NCBI GenBank assembly: GCA_965644265.1
Contig: OZ286469.1
Coordinates: 64,666,001 to 64,730,000 of the forward strand
Direction of reading: 5' to 3'
From: Glycera tridactyla
Taxonomy: Eukaryota
DNA: 64,000 nt
Shown: in pieces, positions 25,835 to 35,518 of the stretch
Layout of the letters: every line of letters starts with the position of its first letter
How positions within the stretch are numbered: position 1 is the stretch's first letter
The notes under the pieces: generated by a model
The model's input: the letters and a program-made list of their open reading frames with translations, nothing else
Database searches by the model: none
Told to the model about the DNA's origin: nothing
Made by a program: the position numbers and the translations under genes

Positions 25835-28501
25835 TTATGCATGCACTGGAATATTTTTTCTCTTACGTGGAATTACTTTTCTTGTACGAATTCTTGTTCG
25901 TTTCACTCCATGATGATCATCCAAATCTCTCTTCCATGCAAAGTCCCATAATTTTTCTGAAACTTTCAAATTATCTTCGCGGTCAAAAAGGAATAAGTTA
26001 GGGGGTGCATCTACTGACAAAGTCTTCCATCCAACTTCTGAATGTGACACTTTTAACAATTTACCTATGATACCAGTAACATACATATCATCAATCCATA
26101 TTCTGCGAGTATGATGAGCTAGATCAAACATGCGCATTGCCAAGTCAAAGGATGTCATATAGGCTATACCTGCACAATATGTTGGGTACATATCAAACGG
26201 ATACTCTTCCCGACTCACATACCATTTACCTAACTTATTCAGATTATCTCTGATTGGCACAACGCGGGTCCACTTAGTAGAGCATAGAACAGTTTTGTCT
26301 GGTTTCTTCGATTCAATCTTTTTAACCAAAGTGTCCATTTTGAATGCATTGATGTACATGTCATCATCCATTTTCATGACATATTTTGCATTAGCACAGT
26401 ACTCTGATGCCCATTTCAAACCAAACAAAGTTTTCAGAGTCAGATTACGATAAGAATCAAGGAAATTACCCTGTACCATGTCACCATGCTTTTTGGCCTC
26501 TTTGAGCACTTTCTGCTGCAGTTCTGAATCATCACGTTGTCCCACAATGAAAACAACTTGAAATGCATCTGAATTATTTTGATTGGCTTGAGCCCATGTT
26601 TGTCGAATCAGATTTCTTCGTTCATGATGGGTTGGATCTGTGTTTATGTAGATCAACACCTGCAGGTCTTTGAATTTGTCACAGCGAGGCCCTTCATTGA
26701 TGGAGCATTCATAGTTGAAATGGTTCTCCTGGGCCCAGAATGTCTTGAATTCTTTGCCCCGGGACAGTCTGATGTAAGCATCTTTATTGAATTCTGCGAC
26801 ATGATTATCCCAAATATTCTCAAAAAACTTTTGGGTACGGCCTATATCTTCCCCATCATCATAAACAAAATAACCAGCTTTTGACCGACGTGACAGGTGT
26901 GTCAACTGTTTGGCTGGAACGGAAACATGCCTGATACGCATGAGATAAGGCAATACACCAGTTATAAAGAAATCCGCAGCTGGAAAAGTACGAGTCTTGT
27001 AAAGGCGGGCAAGTAGATTAGTTGCCACCTCTCTTGACATTACATAGGCAAACCCAGCACAATATGGTGGATGGCGATCAAATGGGTATTCAAAGCTATC
27101 AACACCCCATTCGTCAAGAACATCTTCTATACCTTGTTTTCCCTTGAAGAAATGCATGTCTGAGCAGAGCATGGACCTGGCTTCATTGTGGTTGTGAAGC
27201 ATTGACAACAGCTGTTGTAACTTCACACTGTTGAGGTAAACATTATCATCAACCTTCATCACATACTTTGTACTATTGCAGTTCTCTACTGCCCATTTCA
27301 AACCGAATATTTCATGTACTGTTGCCATATCAGGATTGTCCGGAAATGACCCCTGAACGATATCATCATAAACATCCCGTTCTTTCATGATATAATTTTG
27401 GATCCCTGTAGATTTGGCTTTACTGATCACAAAAACAAGCTTTATTGATAATGACTCTAAATGTCTTCTGGCGATACTACCCCAAGTATTTCGGATGATA
27501 TTACGCCGTTTATAGCTGGATGGCTTGGAATTAACATAGATAACACAGTCAATACTACCTGTACATTTTTGATTGGTTTTTACAATATAGTCATATGGGA
27601 ACTTGAAGGAACCCTCCCAGAAGTCCACCATGTTTGAGTATTTGTATGTGATTACGCGTGATTTTTTCAATGCAGAATGATCAAATTTGAGATTGCGATC
27701 ATTATAGGCTGCAGATGTTCGAAGTGCTGGTGGCAGCTCATTATGTGATGTGTTTTGCTCTGCATTCAAAGCATCCCCAACATCATCTACATCTAGTCTC
27801 ACATGGTCCGCATCTTCCTCCTCGCCATCCTCTGCTTCATCCTCATTCCCTTCTTCGGCTCTGTTATCAGGTGCATCCCAACGACTCATGTGAACTTCCT
27901 CATCATCCTCATCATCATTCCCTTGATCTGGCTCCAGCACATCACGTTTTTGTAAATTCAAAACTCGAGACACCACCTCATCTTTGTTTTCCTGAGGAGT
28001 TTGGCTCTCAGTGGTTGTTGTGGTTGTTGTGGTCGTTGTGGTTGTCGTGGTTGTTGTGGTGTCATCATTTGGCAAGATTTTGTTTGCTCCATTTTGTGAT
28101 CCATCATCATCTGAGATGGCTGCTGCAACATCTCTCACTTCGACTGGATGCACCAACTCCATATCCTCCAATATCTCCTCAATCTCACACTTTGTAGAAT
28201 TATCACAATCCACTTTATCACTTTCAAATTTTGTCACCACTAACGATCTATTTCTCTGATTGAATACATTGACTATCACATCATATTTGCGTTCATATCT
28301 GACCAGGCAGTTGTTTCCAAGCTGGCAGGTACCAACAAGAACACCGGTTATTATCACACATGTAGTTATTGCTAACGTGAAGAAGTAACAACGTAAACGT
28401 GACATATGCACCATACTTCCACAGCAGCTAACGCACATCACCTTCATTGTGTTTTCAGGATTAGTAAATGTCATGATGTCATCTTGATTTTGCGCCCCCA
28501 T
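25835..28501 (-). CDS. Tandem two-domain GT31 beta-1,3-galactosyltransferase/GlcNAc-transferase-like type II membrane glycosyltransferase (888 aa from the first ATG)
   Basis: Uninterrupted ORF. The track start at 28540 is TTG with an in-frame TAA three codons upstream; the first ATG is at 28501. It has an N-terminal TM (YFFTLAITTCVIITGVLVG), a Thr17 and acidic stem, then two Galactosyl_T-type domains, each with RRxxIRxTW, VF, D(I/M)VQGxF, FGLKWA, KYVMKxDDx, EYPFD-x2-PxYCAG and D-x2-(I/V)TG motifs. Confidence 0.93.
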   Translation of the reverse strand: MGAQNQDDIMTFTNPENTMKVMCVSCCGSMVHMSRLRCYFFTLAITTCVIITGVLVGTCQLGNNCLVRYERKYDVIVNVFNQRNRSLVVTKFESDKVDCDNSTKCEIEEILEDMELVHPVEVRDVAAAISDDDGSQNGANKILPNDDTTTTTTTTTTTTTTTTTESQTPQENKDEVVSRVLNLQKRDVLEPDQGNDDEDDEEVHMSRWDAPDNRAEEGNEDEAEDGEEEDADHVRLDVDDVGDALNAEQNTSHNELPPALRTSAAYNDRNLKFDHSALKKSRVITYKYSNMVDFWEGSFKFPYDYIVKTNQKCTGSIDCVIYVNSKPSSYKRRNIIRNTWGSIARRHLESLSIKLVFVISKAKSTGIQNYIMKERDVYDDIVQGSFPDNPDMATVHEIFGLKWAVENCNSTKYVMKVDDNVYLNSVKLQQLLSMLHNHNEARSMLCSDMHFFKGKQGIEDVLDEWGVDSFEYPFDRHPPYCAGFAYVMSREVATNLLARLYKTRTFPAADFFITGVLPYLMRIRHVSVPAKQLTHLSRRSKAGYFVYDDGEDIGRTQKFFENIWDNHVAEFNKDAYIRLSRGKEFKTFWAQENHFNYECSINEGPRCDKFKDLQVLIYINTDPTHHERRNLIRQTWAQANQNNSDAFQVVFIVGQRDDSELQQKVLKEAKKHGDMVQGNFLDSYRNLTLKTLFGLKWASEYCANAKYVMKMDDDMYINAFKMDTLVKKIESKKPDKTVLCSTKWTRVVPIRDNLNKLGKWYVSREEYPFDMYPTYCAGIAYMTSFDLAMRMFDLAHHTRRIWIDDMYVTGIIGKLLKVSHSEVGWKTLSVDAPPNLFLFDREDNLKVSEKLWDFAWKRDLDDHHGVKRTRIRTRKVIPRKRKNIPVHA

Positions 28502-28700
28502 TGATGTACTGTCTGTCGGACCACTTGATGTCTCATCCAATTTCGTTTAATCCGGCCTCTTTTGTTATCCTCCGATGAAACCTAATTGGCTCACCTCGAC
28601 TCTCTCTCCACCAGTCAATATGTATCTCACTTCAAAAAACCCTGCTTCTTGAGATGCACAATCGGTAAATTTGACAATCGGCAGAATTTCTTGATGCAAT

Positions 28701-28732
28701 CTGGAATCAGAACAATAACATCTTCTTAGTCG
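28701..28732 (-). promoter_or_regulatory. Candidate 3' splice site of the GT31 terminal exon
   Basis: Minus strand GACTAAG (branch-like) ... GATGTTATTGTTCTGATTCCAG|ATTG, about 200 nt upstream of the ATG. Alternative acceptors exist near 28790 and 28812. Confidence 0.35.
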
Positions 28733-29845
28733 AGAGTGCCCACTGGAGAGGGCAGGTGACCTTCATTCATATAATCAATTCTACATCCTTCTGGTAACAA
28801 TTTTTATGATGCTAAGAATAAAATTTTGTCACTGATGCAATCTTTAATGAATACTACATGGGGCCCAGAAAACACTACCAACAAACTCTTGAAATCCTTC
28901 ACTTCAGATTTCAACAAAAATGGGTGACTGAAGAACCTCGAGGATGTATGAGCAGGAATACATGTGCATATATCTGGAAGGTCCCCATGCTCCACTATCA
29001 ATGTTCACTATTAAAGCGATGAAACAAATGTCGGACACATTGGCACAAATCTCAATACGAAACCAAAATTCAGCACAAGCACTTCAATTGTTTACCCGAT
29101 AAAGACATGACTATAGAAGCAAAGCTAGATGAGTTTCTGTCTGACAGACATCAGGTGCTGGAGCACCTCAACCACCCAGGCATATTCAATATTTACTGCA
29201 ATCAAACTTGCAATAATCAATAGGATCAATTCAAAATATTACTGCTACTTATTGATCAAAGGTTACATTCACTAACATATAAGTGAACAACAGATTATAT
29301 CGGCACTCTCATCAACTTTGACTTTCTGAGAAGCAACTGCTTACATTCATTTCAAACTTGTATGCCACCACACTCTGATGAACAAGGACCTGGATATGCC
29401 AGTAAAATGAATAGGGACAATTCTATGAAGACACATTCCAATGCCCGGGAATCAATTTCTAATCCCAAAATGTAGTGTATCTAAATATTAAACTCATCTC
29501 TGATATCCTCATCTCAATAATTATTTCATGGAAAACTTCACCCTATTTTTGAGATATCCAGACAAAAAATGGTGCCCAATCCAAACAGGATTGATCAGGA
29601 ATCAGTGAGGTATCAACAGATCAAGGATCTTTCAAAAATCCAAATTCAGTGAAAGAAATATAGAGGAGATTGACATTTCATGACCAGTGAGCTCATTCAA
29701 TGAGATTCTAGCATATATCATCATAATTCTTCTAGAAAACTGTGGCAGCAAGGAATGTCCACCAATCTTCAAAAATGGCAGGACATCAGCCATGAAATTT
29801 ACATATCAAATATTATTGAACTAAAAATAGAAATCATTCACTCAC

Positions 29846-30317
29846 CTTCAAAGAAATATCCATTGTCCAAATGTTGTTGACAAATCCCAGGGTAGATCAT
29901 GCCACATCGAAGCTCCCGAAGTTGATATAACCTCCATATTGCTTCAACTGCTTTTTTCTTTGGTTGCTGTTGTGAGTGGTTTCAATTCTCGGTCAAGGAC
30001 AAGGAGTGATAGTTGGTGGTTTTTCTTGTGAGCCCAACTTGGGCTATACTGAGATGCCCATCCAATAATTCAAGGTGGTAGTCCCAGGAGGGAGGTAGGA
30101 GCAGGGATGAGCTGTGTGTTCAAATGACCACACCTCAACAGCTGAAGGTTGTTTTAATGAGGCAACCCACCCACTGGCCTAAACATCAGCACAGCTGTAG
30201 CAGGCCAGCAACAAAGCCAACAACTGCAAGCTGTGCACCATACTTGCACAAATGGTGCAAGAATTATCAATTTTATATCGAATAACTAATTAAAATCCTA
30301 TTTGGGGACCACAAACT
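29846..30317 (-). other. Candidate non-coding exon (GT31 5' UTR exon or TIA-1 poison cassette)
   Basis: Consensus donor AAG|GTGAGT at 29845. Acceptor GTGTTTCCCCTTCAG at 30319-30318 (alternative TATTCTATTCTAG at 30348-30347). No long ORF. Confidence 0.25.
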
Positions 30318-32629
30318 CTGAAGGGGAAACACGTAGTTTGTGAGATCTAGAATAGAATATGCGCATCAATTAATGGTTAACTGATGGGTTCACTGTTGCT
30401 CCTCCCACACCCAAGTGAAGTTCAAATTCGTGTGCTTGCACTGGAAAAGGCATGAACTCTGCCTCAAATGACCACCTGCCTAAAATGACAACCCAATTTG
30501 ACCCCAAAAGCCATGACTATGCAGATAAATTGAATGATGAATATGACATTCATAAAATACTAACGAGGAGAGATTCTTATAAATAAGAAATTATCAAATA
30601 AAACCAAAGTGGAATGATTCCCACAATTCTGTGTGAAATTGTAGCAGTGATGACAAAAACCTCTCAGGAATATGGTTAACCTCTCTAAGAGTATCCGAAA
30701 GCTTGATTTTAGCACCTTCTGAATTTCAAATGTTTATGCAAATTTCGAATTTCAGAAGATTTTCCAGAAATATGCCTCTCTAAATATTAATGAGGGATGG
30801 AAGAGGGTAAAATGGGAATGGGGTGAAGAATGTCAGTATCAGCATCATTACCTGTGCTCTGCCCGCATCCTTAACATATATCAAGAGATGCGAAATGGCA
30901 TGCTACCATTATCCTACACCCACTACACCCCATCTCCCAAAATCAGTTTTATGTTGACATCAATCAAAATCAAGGTGCACGGGTGAGCTTTCATCTTAGT
31001 TGGTGTATTCCAGTCATGAAAGTTAAAAACGTAGCATTAGCTTTGACCCGTTCCTAATCAGCAGTCGGCGAAACGTTGTTCATTTCAGTCACGACCACGT
31101 GGCCTCCTCGGGGCCAGGCAATCACCACGCTCAACTGATTCTAGTGCTAGCCAAGCCTCAAATCCATACACACTAATCTCATCCATGGCAACATGAGACA
31201 CCATCTTCCAACTTCTGACATGCTCATAACTACTGTAACCTGCCACGCCCGCGTCTCAACTAATCCAAACTCGCACAAATTGTCGCAAAATACCGCATTC
31301 AATCTTGCCATTCGAGTTACATTCCCTCACCACAACGAGAACAAATGCATTTCATATGATGCATTGAGCAGAATGATATAAATTAAAACAATGAAAGTAT
31401 ATTATCCCTGCTTAAAATCAGATTATCAATACCAAAAGTGGTTGAATGGAATGGATTTCAATACAAATAGACAATATCATCCCTACAACAAGGATCACCC
31501 AGAGTAATCATGACTATCATAATTAATAATCTGCATGTACAACGCTGTATCTCCACAAATAATAGTCCAATTTTCTCAATCTAAATAAAAACTGAAATTC
31601 CAGCATGAAATGATCCTCTCTGGTATTCTATGGTTACCTTTGCCCTAAAAAAAAACCCACAGGGAAACCTGCTTATTCTGGGAATCATCACACCCTGCAT
31701 GATGAAGTTGAAATAAATATGAAATCCTGGAGGAGAGGTGGTGAGTAAGGATGATCTGATGTGGAGGGAACCTACGTTTGTTGCCATTCGTTCATTGAAG
31801 GCAGGATATCAGTGTTGTTGGCATTATCGTGATTGGGTGAGAACCGAGGACGGCTTACTGATCGGCAACTTAAATCACCTCTTCACCAGCCTCAAGCATG
31901 TTTCCTCCATTAGCCGTTCAGGGGCTTGAGCCGCTGGCCTGCAAACTTCACATGGAGATACCCCATACATGGGTCAATCAAACCCCCAAATCCCCATTGT
32001 CAACCCCCTCCCCCGTCACTCACTACACCAACTACACCAGACCAGTCTATTCCAAACAGATGTAAATAAATTGCCATAGTTTTCTGCTGGAGGCAATATG
32101 GTGATTGACCCTCTTGAGTCTCTTGATACTAAAGTCTAACCTGTGCTGAACATGCTCTGATATAAGGGAGAACCTTTTTCAAGAAATGATGCTGTTTTTC
32201 CACATTTAGTTCATATATGGGACACCCAAAATGGATCAAACACAGGAAATACACAGGAAAACTCCAGCGACTGATGACCAGTGATCATGCCTTGCCGAAT
32301 CAGCAACCTTGGCAACATGTATCTACGTACATTATCGTACATTATCGGGCACAGGTGGTACATACATTACCAGGCGTAGGTGGCAAAAGCTTCTGACCTC
32401 ACAGCTACTGGATTTCAAACACAGCAGGTTCAATAACTAACTATCCTCTGATGAAATATCCATCTGCCTATGTGGAAAAAAATTGTATTCATCATCATCA
32501 TATACTAGAGTGGGTCTGACTGACCTCCTGAAGAAAGACTAAATATGTTTAGAAAGAGTATATTCATGGAGCCTCAGTATCTGAACTAGTGAAATATACA
32601 ACCACCTGTTGTGTAAGACCACCTTCTAT

Positions 32630-32730
32630 TGTTGCCGCTGGATAATGCTCAGTCGATCAAAATGCGGTTGTATTTATTGTAAATATGTTTACGAGTCGAA
32701 ATAAAGTATGTTTGAATTTGAATTTGAATT
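32630..32730 (+). mobile_element. Possible 3' end of a non-LTR retroelement
   Basis: AATAAA (32699) followed by a (TTTGAA)3 short-repeat tail, the layout of CR1/L2/RTE-type 3' ends; no RT sequence is recognisable. Confidence 0.3.
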
Positions 32731-34712
32731 GTAACCCAAGAAGCCCTCTCATCACAGGTCATGGTATCAACGCCTTAACCATCTTGCATCTAGGGATAAT
32801 GATTCAAATCATCACTATCAGAAGCCTCTATCAAATAGCAATTTTTAAATCCAATTCTGAAGTATACTGTGTTATCTCTTGACAGCCACAATAAAGGAAA
32901 AGAACTCAAAAATGCAAATTGACAATCGAATCACAAGTGGTTTTGCTGAAGTTTGGGTTGATTATAACAAGGGGAGGGGGTGGGGACAAATAAATTGCAA
33001 TAATCAGTCAAACACACTGAGTAAAATGCAGATTAACAACATTAATGGGGTGCTGAATAAAATTTATCACTTGAATGCTATCTAGACGGAGTGGTCCGTA
33101 ATTGTCTGTGTGGCCGACGATACATCAATGACGGATATACCGTTTAACGATTAGAGGTCTCGGGCGTAATCAGGCAGATGGATTCTGGGTAAGTGGGTGA
33201 GCCGCGCGAAGGACACTCATGGCTGGTGTTACAATGGCGCAAAGGATAATGGCAGTCGATGAAAGCCAGTTTGCTTTGTACAGCGTTAAATATCGGTACG
33301 CTTCTGGGCTGATCAGTGATGGACGATCGATACATGCTGATATTCTCAGAGACTCAACGGCCAGTGACAATACAACTCATTACCAATATCCCCGTTGAGC
33401 TATAATTTGGGACTATCTGGACACAGCCTAATTCTGATTTCATGTCATAAATCTCTCCCATGGAACTCATCTGGAAAGACTGCTCCTTTATGGCTTCTGC
33501 AATAACTCCTGTAATTCCATTGCCGAGTTTCCCCGGCCTCAAAAACTTGCCGAAATGGAGTTCCGAGTACTGCACTCAGAAAATTAAGTCCTTCTCTTCC
33601 ATACTGTTGGAGCAAGAGAGATTGATTCTGACTTCATCAATAACCAGACTAAGGAAGATCCATAAAATCAGGGGTGAATGAGTGAGGAAATTAGGTTACT
33701 GCAATCATTGCTGGTGAGAATGTTCCCCATTATCTAATTAATTCTGATAAAGAGTAAAACGCTGATCCAAAATAGGTAAATACTGTTGACTCTGACCTCT
33801 ATCTTACACAGACATATGTGATAAGAAAATACATGGTACCAAAGTCAAGCACAGCTATTTCATTTACTTTCCTACTGGAGATCATCATATCACGTGATCC
33901 TCCCAAATCCTCAGGTCAGTGAACTCTCAGCAGCGAATGTCACAGTAGCCATCAGCTGAAGAAGTGATACAGATGCATTCCAAAAGCTCCGGAAAACGCA
34001 AACTTTTCACTGTGAGTTCCATCATCTCTTCAGCAATGCGGGAGTTATATCAGAACACTGGCCACCTCCAGCAGTCGTTAGAAATTAACATGCTTCAACA
34101 CTCAGTGACCTATATACCCTGAGAGACTCATCAGAATATTTTTCATAGCTGTCATATGGGAGAGGATGGAAATATGTTTGCATCTTCATGAGCTAGTCCC
34201 CTATGGCATTCATGATATGATGCATTTTGTGACAAAAAATCTCTGGTCCCCCTAATGATGCATTCACATTCTAGCAGTGAGCAGATTTTGTATAATTCTA
34301 AGGAGAGCCAGATCCAAAGAAATGTCTGATTAATTCTTTAGTTATGACTTGGGCCAAAGCACAATAATGAGGATGTCTCCATACCACTTTGAAGCCTATA
34401 ATCAACCAACAGGTGGCGCTGATCCCAGCGTCCTCTCAGGGCCATCTACTGGCTGATGATAGGCTGTGGCATATCTACATTCCTTGTACATTTGCTCACA
34501 CACCTGTTAGTGTGAATCATATCAGGACATCAAAATCTGGGAGAAATTATCTACCTATGAAGACCCTATCACTTCATGGTAAGTATCCCAAACTGACGAA
34601 ATGGCTGTGAATATGGTGATGGAAAAATCTGCAATTCAATTCAATTGTCGATGGTGATGTCAATCATCGGGAGCATGTGGGGGAGAAGTGTGAAAAATGT
34701 ATGGATACTCAC

Positions 34713-34800
34713 GAGATTTGTCCAAAAGGTGCAAATGCATCTCTAAGTTGATGAGTTTCAATGTCTGGACTCAAATCTCCTACAAATATGTGAAAGTGTT
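34713..34800 (-). CDS. TIA1: TIA-1/TIAR RNA-binding protein, internal coding exon, RRM2 RNP2 half
   Basis: Translation [29 protein letters not shown](S), containing RNP2 IFVGDL. Acceptor TTCTTTCTTTTCTGTTGCAG (AG at 34802-34801), donor TC|GTGAGT (34712-34707). 88 nt; the terminal TC plus the first A of the 718 exon gives Ser in frame. Confidence 0.95.
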
Positions 34801-35368
34801 CTGCAACAGAAAAGAAAGAACGGAATCAGCAAACCTATAACCATGATGAAAAAACTGATATGTGATGGGAAAATGCACCTGAAATTTGATGTACGATACA
34901 AAAAATATGTGAAGCAAACTGCAACACATTGAACTTCATGGCTTTCTCTGAAGATAGAATTAGACAAATTTCAAATTTTTACGAAGGATGATGCCACTAG
35001 TTATGTTGTGTTCATTGGCTTGTGACAGTGATGACTGCAGAGGATAGTGTATTTAATGATCAGAAACACATTGCATACGTGTATCTTTTGGTTCGATAGA
35101 TAGACTAACCAACCACCAAACCAACCAACCAACCACTTGTCAACCATTAGCAGTTGATAATTCTCGATTCTGTTCATATATGGATGGTTAAGTCATTCCA
35201 ACTCAGTAGACACCAGATGCCTTAATGATGATTTTTTTTCATTCACAATGGAAATACACAAAGAGACTGGCACAGCAAAAACAATGGAATAATCAAATTA
35301 TTCTGCCTTGGATAAAAATAGCACCCACGTTCCCCCACACAGCAGTCTCACTAACCTAGCCATAGCAA

Positions 35369-35518
35369 NNNNNNNNNNNNNNNNNNNNNNNNNNNNNNNN
35401 NNNNNNNNNNNNNNNNNNNNNNNNNNNNNNNNNNNNNNNNNNNNNNNNNNNNNNNNNNNNNNNNNNNNNNNNNNNNNNNNNNNNNNNNNNNNNNNNNNNN
35501 NNNNNNNNNNNNNNNNNN
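35369..35518. other. Assembly gap (150 N)
   Basis: N run. Other gaps: 16991-17132, 45760-45891, 50876-51018, 53517-53721, 61444-61699. Confidence 1.

Larger units (their letters stand above)
719..34712 (-). other. 33,994-nt GT-AG intron of the TIA-1/TIAR gene
   Basis: Bounded by the donor at 34712 and the acceptor at 719. Joining the two exons gives a continuous RRM2 with no missing residues. Confidence 0.85.

Noticed and set aside
26579-28259. Plus-strand ORFs 26579-26884, 27715-28197 and 28011-28259
   Set aside because: They are antisense shadows of the GT31 ORF.
28502-28540. ORF-track start of the 901-aa protein (MDETSSG...)
   Set aside because: The first codon is TTG, preceded by an in-frame TAA. 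In a eukaryote the start is more likely ATG 28501 or 28474.
33956-34034. 8-bp inverted repeat with ATGATG and CTGA, resembling a C/D snoRNA
   Set aside because: The C box is imperfect and the D box lies outside the stem.
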